Source: Clostridia bacterium
Lineage (GTDB): Bacteria > Bacillota > Clostridia > Saccharofermentanales > UBA5734
Assembly: GCA_040776905.1 (NCBI GenBank)
Contig: JAXGZQ010000001.1
Location: forward strand, 1,564,400-1,628,399
DNA: 64,000 nt
Direction of reading: 5' to 3'
Positions 18,305 to 28,032 of the stretch are shown piece after piece. Made by a program: the position numbers and the translations under genes. Positions within the stretch are counted from its first letter, which is position 1. Every line of letters begins with the position of its first letter. Under the pieces are notes generated by a model. It was not told where the DNA came from and did no database searches. It saw only the letters and a list, made by a program, of their open reading frames with translations.

Positions 18305-20161
18305 ATGAAATGTAGACTGCCATGGGTGATCATGCTGCTGATCGTCATGCTGCTGGCCGGATGCCGGCAGCCGGTCAGTTCAATGACAGAAAGAACAGAG
18401 CCGCAGGCGACCGTTCCGGTTGTAACGGATCCATCTGAAACAACTGAAACCACACCGGCCGGCGAATCAACACCTGAGCCGCAAGCGGCCTTCCCGAACA
18501 CGCCGATCTGGCATCTGTCCCATGAACTGACCGGTACCATTCATCTGGACCAGATCGGATATCGTCCAGCTGACCGGAAGATCGCTGTTATTGAGAACTA
18601 CAGCGGTCCGTTTCGCGTGATTCACGCGGACAATGATGAACTAGTTCTGGAGGGTGACACGTCAACATGCTCGCCGGTCGATCCATCCACTAGACAGACG
18701 CTGTCAACCGCTGACTTTTCCGGGCTTGACACGACTGGCCGCTATTACCTGCTATTGCCGGAAGTCGGACGTTCCTGGCCGTTTGAGATCGCGGACAACG
18801 TGTACAGGGAAGTGGCAGACAGCCTGTTCAGATTTCTCTATCTGCAGCGCTGTGGAATCGAGTTGGATGAAACGATCGCCGGTGTCCATGCTCATCCGGC
18901 CTGTCATCTGGATGCTCCGGTTCTGTATGAAAATCAGGAGATCGCCGTCAATCTTTCCGGAGGATGGCATGATGCCGGCGACTATGGACGATATAGCGTT
19001 CCAACCGCGAAGACCATTGCGGATCTGCTGCTGACACACCAGTTTTTTCCGGAAGCCTATGCCGATCAAAGTGGTATTCCCGAGAGTGGCGACAGCCTGC
19101 CGGATCTGCTGAATGAAGCGAAAATCGGACTTTCATTTCTCATGCAGATGCAGGCGGAAGACGGCGGTATCCACCATAAAGTGAGTGCGACTGCCTTTCC
19201 CGGAAACCTGCTGCCGCACAGCGACCACATGCAGCAGTACATCCTGCCCGTATCGTCACCCGCGACCGCGTCTGGCGCTGCGGTTCTGGCGATGGCCGGA
19301 CGTCTTTATGCCGACACGGATCCGATTTTCGCGTCATCAGCCACGGCGGCGGCTCGTCTGGCCTGGCGCTGGCTTGAAACACATCCGCAAGCCGTCCCCT
19401 TTCGCAATCCATCCGGTGTGGTCACCGGTGAATACGGTGATCTGGCGGATCAGGATGAACGAGCCTGGGCGGCAGCGGAGCTTTTCACCCTGACCGGTGA
19501 ACCCAGCTTCCGGGAAGCCTTTGACCGCTGGTCGGCTGATATTGGGGCCGATCGCTTCGGATTCGGCTGGCAGTCAGTCGGCGGCTACGCGGCCATTTCC
19601 AGACTGATGAACGGATCGGACGACGCAGCCGCGAATCCTGATCTGCGTTCAGCGTTTATGGATCAAGCCGATCGTCTGGCTGAGTTCAGCCGGCAGGATG
19701 GCCATCAGGCGATCCTGTCAGTTGATGATTATGGCTGGGGCAGTAATATGACACTGCTGAATCGGGCTATGCACCTGATTCTGGCCGGCCGCTTGAGCGG
19801 TCAGGGCGAATGGGATGAGATCGCGCTGGATCAGCTGCATTATCTGTTTGGGCGTAATGGACTGGGGCAGGTTTATCTGACCGGATTCGGCAGTCAGCCT
19901 GTGCGTTATCCTCATCATCGCCCGTCACTGGCCCTTTTGCAGCATGCTCCGGTTCCCGGCATGGTCGCCGGCGGCCCGAATATCCATCGTGAAGATCCTG
20001 CCGCGGAAATTCTGATCAAAGAAGGCAGCCCACCAGCTCTGGCCTATATCGATCAGTCCAGCACCTACTCAACCAATGAGGTCACCATTTACTGGAATTC
20101 CCCCGCGATTTTTGTGATCGCGGCTTTTACTGACGAAGTGAGATTGGAGACAAATCAATGA
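18305..20161 (+). CDS. glycoside hydrolase family 9 endoglucanase-like lipoprotein
   Basis: Lipobox MLLAGC (Cys20) and a CelD-type N-terminal Ig-like segment (IHLDQIGYRPADRKIAVI). GH9 motifs are GGWHDAGDYGRY, DERAWAAAELF, HHRPS and YSTNEVTIYWNS. Confidence 0.9.
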   Translation: MKCRLPWVIMLLIVMLLAGCRQPVSSMTERTEPQATVPVVTDPSETTETTPAGESTPEPQAAFPNTPIWHLSHELTGTIHLDQIGYRPADRKIAVIENYSGPFRVIHADNDELVLEGDTSTCSPVDPSTRQTLSTADFSGLDTTGRYYLLLPEVGRSWPFEIADNVYREVADSLFRFLYLQRCGIELDETIAGVHAHPACHLDAPVLYENQEIAVNLSGGWHDAGDYGRYSVPTAKTIADLLLTHQFFPEAYADQSGIPESGDSLPDLLNEAKIGLSFLMQMQAEDGGIHHKVSATAFPGNLLPHSDHMQQYILPVSSPATASGAAVLAMAGRLYADTDPIFASSATAAARLAWRWLETHPQAVPFRNPSGVVTGEYGDLADQDERAWAAAELFTLTGEPSFREAFDRWSADIGADRFGFGWQSVGGYAAISRLMNGSDDAAANPDLRSAFMDQADRLAEFSRQDGHQAILSVDDYGWGSNMTLLNRAMHLILAGRLSGQGEWDEIALDQLHYLFGRNGLGQVYLTGFGSQPVRYPHHRPSLALLQHAPVPGMVAGGPNIHREDPAAEILIKEGSPPALAYIDQSSTYSTNEVTIYWNSPAIFVIAAFTDEVRLETNQ

Positions 20162-20757
20162 AGACATGGCTGAAAAAAGTGAATCGCGGACTGATTCTGA
20201 CCCTGGTGGCGATTTTGGCTGTCACTGTCTATCTGACCGCGTTGAGTATCGCGCAGAACCGACAAAAAACCAGGATCGAAGCGATCTGCCGTGATTATAT
20301 CGCGCTGGAAGCCGCCTGGCAGAAACTGCCGGCGGATATCGATCTGGCGGACCTGCCTCTGAGCGATGAGGAACAGGCCGCACACTTCAGCCAGCTGAGA
20401 ACGGAACTGGCGCCCTACTACATTCAGGATGAACAGATTCTTGATCTCGCCGTTCAGAGGATCAGCGACGCGCTGCGCCTGCAAATGAACGGAGGAACGG
20501 TTCTTACCTCCTATGAGAAGACGGTGACAGCATTCAGCGGATTTCAGTTCGATGGCCAGCGCGTCACCGTGGAGATCACCACGCAGACCGCGGTCGAGCA
20601 GGTTGATCCGGGCCGGCCGGACGCGATGCCGCAGCGGTTTGCCGGGTCCATCACCGACTCGATCACCCTGCAGCGCGAAGGCGATACCTGGCGGCTGCTG
20701 AACGCGTCGCTCAATTTGCCCTGGCAGTCGTCGTACCGCGAAAAATTCGGCGGATAA
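20158..20757 (+). CDS. hypothetical N-terminally anchored protein
   Basis: 199 aa. Its ATG overlaps the GH9 stop (ATGA, 20158-20161). Has a TM anchor LILTLVAILAVTVYLTALSI and no recognisable family motif. Confidence 0.6.
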   Translation: MKTWLKKVNRGLILTLVAILAVTVYLTALSIAQNRQKTRIEAICRDYIALEAAWQKLPADIDLADLPLSDEEQAAHFSQLRTELAPYYIQDEQILDLAVQRISDALRLQMNGGTVLTSYEKTVTAFSGFQFDGQRVTVEITTQTAVEQVDPGRPDAMPQRFAGSITDSITLQREGDTWRLLNASLNLPWQSSYREKFGG

Positions 20758-20776
20758 ACAAAGATTGGATGGTAAT

Positions 20777-21706
20777 ATGATGGACACCATTTTGCAGATC
20801 AGACAGTTGGAGAAGTCATTCGGACGGCGCAAAATTATTGATAAGATCAGTTTTGACGTCCAGGCCGGCGAGGTGTTCGGTTTTCTCGGGCCTAACGGCG
20901 CAGGCAAAACAACCACGTTGAAAATGGTGATGGGTTTTCTTCAGCCGGACGGCGGCGACATTGTGATCAACGGGTTTGACCTGAAGCATCATTATGAAAC
21001 CGCCATGGGATCGCTCGGCGGTATTGTGGAAAATCCTGAGCTTTATCAGGATCTATCGGGACGGGTCAATCTGAAAATGTACGCCCGGCTGCATGACGAT
21101 GTGACCAATGACCGGATCATGGAAGTCGCGGCCATGGTCGGGATGCAGGGCCGCCTTGATGAGAAAGTAAAAAAGTATTCTCTGGGCATGAAGCAGCGGA
21201 TCGGGCTGGCGCAGGCCCTGCTGCATCGTCCCAAACTGCTGATTCTTGATGAGCCGACCAACGGGCTCGATCCTGCCGGTATCAGGGAACTGCGTGACAT
21301 TCTTAAACGCCTGGCACATGAAGAGCATGTCGCTGTGGTGGTCTCCAGCCATCTGCTCAGCGAGATGCAGCTGATGTGCGACCGGGTCGCGATCATTCAC
21401 CTCGGCCGACTGCTCGGGGTGCGTACCATCCGTGAATTGACGGATCTTTCCCGGCAGACGACGGTTTATCGGATTTTGACCCCCGAGGCACAGGCTGCGG
21501 CTGAAATCCTGCGGCCGGCTTATGGCGAAGGGATCGGCGAGCTGTCCGAACAGGGGCTGGACCTGGAGGTCGCGACGGACCGTGTTCCCGCGGTCATCCG
21601 GCTGTTGGCGATGAAGGGGGTTGACTTGTACGGGGTGACCCGTCTGGAAAGCTCCCTGGAAGACGCGTTCCTGCAGGTGACGGGTGGAGGGTTGAACATT
21701 GAATAA
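20777..21706 (+). CDS. ABC transporter ATP-binding protein (ABC-2/drug-exporter type)
   Basis: Walker A GPNGAGKTTT, signature YSLGMKQR, Walker B LLILDEPTNGLD. The ORF track starts at TTG 20765; ATG 20777 or 20780 is more likely. Confidence 0.9.
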   Translation: MMDTILQIRQLEKSFGRRKIIDKISFDVQAGEVFGFLGPNGAGKTTTLKMVMGFLQPDGGDIVINGFDLKHHYETAMGSLGGIVENPELYQDLSGRVNLKMYARLHDDVTNDRIMEVAAMVGMQGRLDEKVKKYSLGMKQRIGLAQALLHRPKLLILDEPTNGLDPAGIRELRDILKRLAHEEHVAVVVSSHLLSEMQLMCDRVAIIHLGRLLGVRTIRELTDLSRQTTVYRILTPEAQAAAEILRPAYGEGIGELSEQGLDLEVATDRVPAVIRLLAMKGVDLYGVTRLESSLEDAFLQVTGGGLNIE

Positions 21707-23261
21707 GATTATTGCGCTCTATCAGAATGAGATGATAAAGATTTCCAAAAAGATCAGCCTGGTTGTGATTTTGGCCCTGATGATCTGTGGCGTGGTCGGA
21801 CTGGCGGGCCTGATGAAATTCCAGCAGTCACAACAGGAACGGTATCGAAATGAACAGGGTCATGAACCGGACTGGGCCGCGGAGGAAATGAAGTATCAGC
21901 TGGATATGTTTCACGAGCAGGAAGACAGTCTGACAGCCCAGATTGACGCGATGGATCCCGATGCCGATGATGATCGTCTGTTCGGGCTGGAGGAAGAACT
22001 GCGTTATGTGCGCCGCCAGATCAACCAGATTGAACTGGCGATGGAATATGACGTCGGACTTTATGATGAACAGAGTTTTCTCAATGATGTGATCAATCTG
22101 CTGCCGGACCTATGGGCTGAAGAGCAGCGGCTGCAGGCATTGCCGCCGGAGCTTCGTCCCGCGGACTGGACAGAGCAGGTGGCCGTGGTCCAGCAGGAGG
22201 AAAGCGCTTACCGTGAGGTTCTGGAGAGTCGTAATTTCCATGACTACATTGAATTGGTTTGGCAGGGACTTCCGCGGTCCGGTATGACCGATGCGATGAT
22301 CCTGATTGAACAGGAGCGGCTGGACCTGTGGTATACGCTTGACCCGAGCGGCGGAATGTCCGGGGATATGGATTACAACCAGGTCAGAATGGTGCTGGAC
22401 CAGCGGGTTTCGCTGCGCCGGTCCATGCTGGAACGGATCGATTATACCAGCAGCCAGGGTCCCGTGCCGATGACACCGGACCGCTATGCGGAACTGGAGA
22501 ATCAGCTGGCTGTTCTCGATTACCGGATTGAGAACAATGTGCTGTCATCGTCGTCCTATGAGCAGTCGTTTTCTGATATGGCAGTTAGCAGCATGGCCGG
22601 CTTTGGCATGTTCATGGTGGTGATGATGATGCTGATCCTGGCCGGCGGCGCGATCTCGCAGGAAATGGCGACAGGATCAATCAAGTCGCTGATCATCGCT
22701 CCCGTCCGCCGCTGGAAAATATTCACGGCAAAGGTTCTCTCCCTGGTCAGTGTCAGTTTGATCGCGACGATTCTGCTTTATCTGGTGATGATCCTGACAC
22801 ATGGACTGATGTTCGGATTTAGCAGCGGGCAGCCGTATATTTTTGCCAGTCATGGCCAGGCAGGCGCGCTTTCATTCGCGATCTACCAGCTGGCTTCGCT
22901 GCTGGTCCGCTGGATTAGTGTTCTGGTCTTCATCGCACTCGCGCTGATGCTTTCAGTCGTGACGCGGAACACCGCGGCTGCTGTCGGCATCTCAATGGCG
23001 ATTTTCTTCGGCCATCAGCTGATTGGTTCATTCCTCATGTTTCTGCCCCGCAGCGAATGGGTCAAATTCATTCCGTTCGAGCACTTCAGCCTGCTGCCGC
23101 GCTTTTTCCCATTCGCCGACAGCGGCGGATCTTTCATAACAGGAGCGATGTCCCAGACGCCGCGGACCACCCTGCTGTTTTCCCTGTTGTATCTGCTGGT
23201 GCTCCTGATCTGCATGGGCTATACCGCGCTGGATTCGTTCAGCCGGCGTGATATCAAATAA
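21699..23261 (+). CDS. ABC-2 type transporter permease with a large N-terminal extramembrane insert
   Basis: The TTG start follows GGTGGAGGG and overlaps the ATPase stop by 8 nt. One N-terminal TM helix, a ~250-aa charged/coiled segment, then about five hydrophobic helices at the C-terminus. Confidence 0.8.
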   Translation: MNKIIALYQNEMIKISKKISLVVILALMICGVVGLAGLMKFQQSQQERYRNEQGHEPDWAAEEMKYQLDMFHEQEDSLTAQIDAMDPDADDDRLFGLEEELRYVRRQINQIELAMEYDVGLYDEQSFLNDVINLLPDLWAEEQRLQALPPELRPADWTEQVAVVQQEESAYREVLESRNFHDYIELVWQGLPRSGMTDAMILIEQERLDLWYTLDPSGGMSGDMDYNQVRMVLDQRVSLRRSMLERIDYTSSQGPVPMTPDRYAELENQLAVLDYRIENNVLSSSSYEQSFSDMAVSSMAGFGMFMVVMMMLILAGGAISQEMATGSIKSLIIAPVRRWKIFTAKVLSLVSVSLIATILLYLVMILTHGLMFGFSSGQPYIFASHGQAGALSFAIYQLASLLVRWISVLVFIALALMLSVVTRNTAAAVGISMAIFFGHQLIGSFLMFLPRSEWVKFIPFEHFSLLPRFFPFADSGGSFITGAMSQTPRTTLLFSLLYLLVLLICMGYTALDSFSRRDIK

Positions 23262-23345
23262 CCGGCTGGATCGGACCTAATCAATTCCCGCTGATTCCCT
23301 CTGTACGAAATCGCTTTAATCAGGTAAAATGCTAAAGGGTTATGA

Positions 23346-23365
23346 TGAACCAGGGTAATGGTTCA
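23346..23365 (+). promoter_or_regulatory. perfect inverted repeat TGAACCA-N6-TGGTTCA in the 5' leader of the ABC importer operon
   Basis: TGAACCA (23346-23352) / TGGTTCA (23359-23365). It sits between a TAAAAT box (23325-23330) and the GGAGGAG RBS of the GTG start at 23392. Confidence 0.3.
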
Positions 23366-23391
23366 CAACATGAATTTGGAGGAGACATCAC

Positions 23392-24204
23392 GTGAGAAAA
23401 TTTTATCGACTGATTCTGGCAGGGCTGCTGATGGCGGCGCTGGTTCTGACTGGCTGCGGTGCCTCAGAGGGTAAAGATGATTCACTCAAAGCGGTTCGCG
23501 ACAAGGGCGAACTGGTGATGGGACTGGACGACGCGTTCCCGCCCATGGGATTCCGTGACGATGAAAATGAGCTGGTCGGATTTGATATCGATGTAGCCAA
23601 AGAAGTCGCCAGCCGGATGGAGATTGAACTGCGCCTGCAGCCGATCGACTGGACGCAGAATGTCAGTGAACTGGCCAGCGGCCAGATTGACTGCATCTGG
23701 AACGGCTATACGATCACGGACGAGCGGGCGGAACAAGTCAATTTCAGCGAACCGTACATGAGAAACCGGCAGGTGATTGTGGTCCGCAGTGAATCTGATG
23801 TTGAGACACTCGACGATCTCGCCGGTCTCAAACTGGTCCTGCAGGCCGGCTCGAGTGCCGTCTCGGCTCTGGAGAAGGCTGAAGAGCTCAAGGACTCGCT
23901 GGCTGAAGTGGTTGAGCTGAAGGACAATGTCACGGCATTTCTTGATCTACAGTCCGGCGCGACCGACGCGCTGCTGATTGACGAGATTGTCGCCAATTAC
24001 TATATCACCACGAATTCGGCCGATTTCCGGGTGCTCGATGAGAGTCTGGCTGAAGAGGAGTTCGGCATCGGTTTCCGCAAAAATGACCAGGCGCTGCGCG
24101 ATGAAGTGCAGAAGACACTGGAAGCGATGCAGGCGGATGGAACACTGGCAGAAATTTCGGACAAATGGTTCAATGTTGATCTGACAACGATCAAAGCGCC
24201 TTAA
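23392..24204 (+). CDS. amino acid ABC transporter substrate-binding lipoprotein (PBP type 3 family)
   Basis: Lipobox VLTGCGAS. Family motifs are LVMGLDDAFPPMGFRD, GFDIDVAKEVA, IDCIWNGYTIT and FSEPYM. GTG start after GGAGGAG. Confidence 0.9.
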   Translation: MRKFYRLILAGLLMAALVLTGCGASEGKDDSLKAVRDKGELVMGLDDAFPPMGFRDDENELVGFDIDVAKEVASRMEIELRLQPIDWTQNVSELASGQIDCIWNGYTITDERAEQVNFSEPYMRNRQVIVVRSESDVETLDDLAGLKLVLQAGSSAVSALEKAEELKDSLAEVVELKDNVTAFLDLQSGATDALLIDEIVANYYITTNSADFRVLDESLAEEEFGIGFRKNDQALRDEVQKTLEAMQADGTLAEISDKWFNVDLTTIKAP

Positions 24205-24212
24205 GAACCGCT

Positions 24213-24857
24213 ATGGATTATCCATCGATTATTTTGTATCTTTTGCAGGGAACGGGCAAGGCCATCCAGGTCTTCGCCCTGACCCTGCTTTTTTCTGTCC
24301 CGCTCGGGATGCTGGTGGCCCAGCTGCGCATGATGAAGAATCCACTGATCCAGCTGCCGGTGCGGCTGTATCTGCTGGTGATGCGCGGGACACCCCTGCT
24401 GCTGCAGCTGGTTTTTTTCATGTATTTCCCACCGTTTGTCCTCGGGATCAGTGTCGATCGTTTTTTCGCGGCGATCCTGACTTTCTCACTGAACTACGCG
24501 GCGTATTTCGCGGAAATATTCCGGGGTGGTATTGAATCTATTCCGGTCGGCCAGAGTGAAGCGGCGCAGGTCCTGGGATTTTCCCGCTGGAAAACGTTCC
24601 GGCTGATCATCCTGCCTCAGGTTATCAAGCGCATTCTGCCGGCCAGCGCCAATGAATGCATGACCCTCGTCAAGGATACCGCGCTGGCCCAGGTCATCGG
24701 TGTGGCAGAACTGTTTCGCGCGTCCAACAATGTGATGTCGCGTGAATTCTCGGTTATCCCGATTGTGATCGCCGGTCTATTTTACCTGGCAATGAATGGT
24801 GTGGTTGCTTCGGTATTTTCCCGTGCCGAGAAAAAAATGAGTTACTACAGGAGCTGA
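24213..24857 (+). CDS. amino acid ABC transporter permease (His/Glu/Gln/Arg/opine family)
   Basis: 214 aa and polytopic. Carries the EAA-like loop [21 protein letters not shown] typical of this family. Confidence 0.9.
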   Translation: MDYPSIILYLLQGTGKAIQVFALTLLFSVPLGMLVAQLRMMKNPLIQLPVRLYLLVMRGTPLLLQLVFFMYFPPFVLGISVDRFFAAILTFSLNYAAYFAEIFRGGIESIPVGQSEAAQVLGFSRWKTFRLIILPQVIKRILPASANECMTLVKDTALAQVIGVAELFRASNNVMSREFSVIPIVIAGLFYLAMNGVVASVFSRAEKKMSYYRS

Positions 24858-24858
24858 C

Positions 24859-25704
24859 ATGGCAATACTGAATCAACCCGCTGATCTGACGACTCCGCTC
24901 CGGCCGGCCATCGAGGTTCGCGGCCTGCGAAAATCTTTTGACACACTTGAGGTCCTGCGTGACATTTCCTTTGATGTCGCGCTCGGCGAAGTGGTCGCGG
25001 TCATCGGGCCGTCCGGTTCCGGCAAATCAACCCTGCTTCGCCTGATCAACCAGCTGGAGATCGCTGACCAGGGCCTGATCGCGATCAATGGTGAGGCAAT
25101 CTGCCGGCCGGACCCGGGCAACGCCCGTCCGGATGACGCGCCGGCCGTCTACGCGGACAGCCGCGTACTGCGCCGCTGTGGCCTGCAGATCGGCCTGGTC
25201 TTTCAGAATTTCAATCTGTTTCCCCATTTCAGTATTCTGCGCAATATCATGGAGGCACCGGTCCAGGTGCTGGGAATCAGCCGTCCTGCCGCCGAGACGG
25301 TCGCCCGCAGGCAATTGGAGCGCCTCGGCCTGGCGGATAAAGCAGACGCTTTTCCCTGGCAGCTGTCCGGCGGGCAGCAGCAGCGTGCGGCGATCGCGCG
25401 GGCTCTGGCACTCAATCCGACCGTCCTCTTTTTTGATGAACCGACCTCGGCACTCGATCCTGAACTGACCGGTGAGGTTCTGCGGGTGATCCGCTCCCTG
25501 GCGGATGAAAAGATGACAATGGTCGTGGTGACACATGAAATGGCGTTCGCGCGGGATCTGGCCGACCGCATTGTCTTCATGGATCAGGGTGTTATCATAG
25601 AACAGGGGCCGCCGGAGCAGGTGTTTACCTCGCTCAATCCGCGGACCCGCCAGTTTCTGCAGCATTACGAGGATCAGAACAGCCGCATGTCAGCCGGGCT
25701 GTGA
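24859..25704 (+). CDS. amino acid ABC transporter ATP-binding protein
   Basis: Walker [10 protein letters not shown], signature LSGGQQQR, Walker [12 protein letters not shown]. There is an extra ~15-20 aa insert ([21 protein letters not shown]) compared with GlnQ-type ATPases as I recall them. Confidence 0.9.
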   Translation: MAILNQPADLTTPLRPAIEVRGLRKSFDTLEVLRDISFDVALGEVVAVIGPSGSGKSTLLRLINQLEIADQGLIAINGEAICRPDPGNARPDDAPAVYADSRVLRRCGLQIGLVFQNFNLFPHFSILRNIMEAPVQVLGISRPAAETVARRQLERLGLADKADAFPWQLSGGQQQRAAIARALALNPTVLFFDEPTSALDPELTGEVLRVIRSLADEKMTMVVVTHEMAFARDLADRIVFMDQGVIIEQGPPEQVFTSLNPRTRQFLQHYEDQNSRMSAGL

Positions 25705-25717
25705 CAGAAGGAGGACC

Positions 25718-27754
25718 ATGACCATGACACAGAATCAATGGTGGAAAAATCATCACTGGCGCTTCATCCAGACGAACCTGCGTGAGATCGATATGCAGGA
25801 TATCGACGCGAAGCAGTATGTTCAGGATATGTTGTCGTTTGGGGCGACCGTCGCCATGATCAATACATCCGGCATCATTGCCAGCTACCCGACAAAGCTG
25901 CCGTATCATTACCAGAGTCCCTATCTGACCGGCGACAGCCTGAAAACAATCATCGAAGCGTGCCATGCCCATGGCATCCGGGTGATGGCCCGCACTGATT
26001 TTTCCAAAGTCCGCCGGGTGATCTACGAACAGCATCCTGATTGGGCTTTTGTCGATACAGATGGCCAGATCGTCGATTATGAAGGTGATGTCCATGTCTG
26101 CATCAACAGTGAATACCAGCAGACATATGCGCTGGAAATTATCCGCGAAACCCTGACGGAACTGGATGTTGACGGAATCTTCTTTAATATGGGCGGTTAT
26201 GTATCGGGTGATTACAGCGGCCGTCAGCATGGCATCTGCCAGTGTGGCAGCTGCCGGCGCCGCTTCCGCGAGATGACCGGAAATGAACTGCCCCGTCAGG
26301 CAGACCTGGCTGATCCGGTTTATCGCTCGTATTTGATGTTCAGACGTGAAACGACGACCGCTTATAACCGCAAGGTCTGCGAGTTTATCAAATCCATCCG
26401 GCCGGATGTTCTGATCAATCATGATACCTATACGGAAGACAGTGGTTTTATCCGTCAGGAGTCCAACACTGCCTGGGATCGCGCGCTGCCGCACTGGCAG
26501 TACAGCGGCTCTGAAAACACAAAATGGGTGCGCGGCTCATTTCCGACCTTTATTTCGAGCAATACGACCGTCGATTTTATTGATTTTCCCAGCCGCCATG
26601 TGGCCGTTTCCCCCTGGCAGCAGGCACTGCGGCTTTATCAGGGCCTGGCCAACGGCGGGATGCCTGATTATTATCTGATCGGTCGGCTTGACAATCACCG
26701 GGACCGGTCGGGCTTTGAACCGATCCGCCAGGCTTTTCAGTTCCATGCCCGTCATCAGGAACTGTTCCGTGATCTGAGGGGCGATTGCCGGACGGTGATT
26801 CTGGCCGGCGATCACTGGGGCGGTCATGGCGACGGCGACATGCAGGAATTTTTCGGCTTGTACCGGGCTCTGACAGAAGCACATCATCTGTTTGATGTGA
26901 TGCTTCTCAGCCAGGTGGTACGGCAGGGCCTTGCGAAGTATCAGACGATCATACTGCCCGGTTGTGCCGCGCTGGCGGCGGAGACCGCCACCGTCATCGA
27001 TCAGGCGGTACATCAGGGCGCGACGCTGATCAGCAGCGGACTGACCGGGCGGCGCGATGAACGGCTCGATGAATTATCCGAGAACGCACTGGCGTGTCTG
27101 AGAGGCGTCAAGCCGCTGGCGGAGCGTCCGGCCCGCGGTGCCTATTTCCAGCTTGACGATCATGCCTGGACCGAAGCACTCAATGACACTGACCTGATCA
27201 CAATCGACGGGGATTATTTCTATGCGGAGTATCCGGCGAACGCTGAGCGTTACGGCCGGCTGATTCCACCACAGCCTTACGGTCCGCCGGAGCGCTGCTA
27301 TTCACTGTATCCGGCAACAGACTACCCGGCGGCGGCCCGTCTGCCTTACGGGCAGGGCACAGTTATCCTGCTGCCCTGGCAGCCCGGACGGCTGTTTCAG
27401 CGTCAGGGCTATGCCAATACCGCGGCGTTTCTGAGCGATGTCCTGATTCGGATCGCTGAGCTGCAGCCGATTGGCGGCAATCTTCCGCCGATGGTTGAGA
27501 CAACTCTGCTGCATCGGGATGGTGAAGATTTCAGGCTGCTCTGCCTGGTCAACGGCAGCGGTCATTTCGGCAACAGCTTCTACAAACCACTGACATTGAC
27601 GGATCTACGGGTACAGGTTCCGTTTCAGGCGAAGACGGTCCGTTCAGTGACCCGGCTGAGTGACGGTGAAGCGCTGACATTCAGCTGGCAGGAAGAGCGG
27701 CTGACGATCGAAGTTGACCGGTTGGAGGCCTTTGACGCTTTACTGATCCGTTGA
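25718..27754 (+). CDS. GH42/GHL6-like putative glycoside hydrolase-like protein, paralogue P1
   Basis: 678 aa with no signal peptide. N-terminus WWKNHHWRFIQTNLREID, HPDW, and a Cys set HVCINS...ICQCGSCRRRF (C...CxCxxC). The mid region resembles the GH42 trimerisation (GATase-like) domain. Lies 13 nt after the ABC ATPase gene. The family call is from memory of GH42 and Pfam GHL6 patterns. Confidence 0.8.
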   Translation: MTMTQNQWWKNHHWRFIQTNLREIDMQDIDAKQYVQDMLSFGATVAMINTSGIIASYPTKLPYHYQSPYLTGDSLKTIIEACHAHGIRVMARTDFSKVRRVIYEQHPDWAFVDTDGQIVDYEGDVHVCINSEYQQTYALEIIRETLTELDVDGIFFNMGGYVSGDYSGRQHGICQCGSCRRRFREMTGNELPRQADLADPVYRSYLMFRRETTTAYNRKVCEFIKSIRPDVLINHDTYTEDSGFIRQESNTAWDRALPHWQYSGSENTKWVRGSFPTFISSNTTVDFIDFPSRHVAVSPWQQALRLYQGLANGGMPDYYLIGRLDNHRDRSGFEPIRQAFQFHARHQELFRDLRGDCRTVILAGDHWGGHGDGDMQEFFGLYRALTEAHHLFDVMLLSQVVRQGLAKYQTIILPGCAALAAETATVIDQAVHQGATLISSGLTGRRDERLDELSENALACLRGVKPLAERPARGAYFQLDDHAWTEALNDTDLITIDGDYFYAEYPANAERYGRLIPPQPYGPPERCYSLYPATDYPAAARLPYGQGTVILLPWQPGRLFQRQGYANTAAFLSDVLIRIAELQPIGGNLPPMVETTLLHRDGEDFRLLCLVNGSGHFGNSFYKPLTLTDLRVQVPFQAKTVRSVTRLSDGEALTFSWQEERLTIEVDRLEAFDALLIR

Positions 27755-27809
27755 AACAACACTTGACTCTGACAGGCACTGAATGAAGACCGGGTACTGA
27801 AACCGCGCC

Positions 27810-28026
27810 TTACTCTTTGCGAAAAATATCGAGTGTGTGATGAGAGAAGCCAATCAGGTCGGGTCGTTCGCAGGTCGCGAAATGATAGCTGAGAAACAGC
27901 TGATAATCATCCTCATCCATTTCCGCGAGGGCCTCACGCATGTGATTGGCATAGCCGTCTGTCGCGACAAAATGCAGCTGCGAGACATTAAATGGCCGCC
28001 TCAGGGCGTTTGCCGACTTAGCCGCG
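27810..28026 (-). pseudogene. possible gene remnant (open frame without a credible start)
   Basis: The reverse-strand frame is open from just after a TAG (~28027) to TAA (27810-27812): ...FNVSQLHFVATDGYANHMREALAEMDEDDYQLFLSYHFATCERPDLIGFSHHTLDIFRKE*. The only Met (27941) would give 43 aa and has no SD. The sequence looks like the C-terminus of a larger protein. Confidence 0.25.
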
Positions 28027-28032
28027 TTTGAC

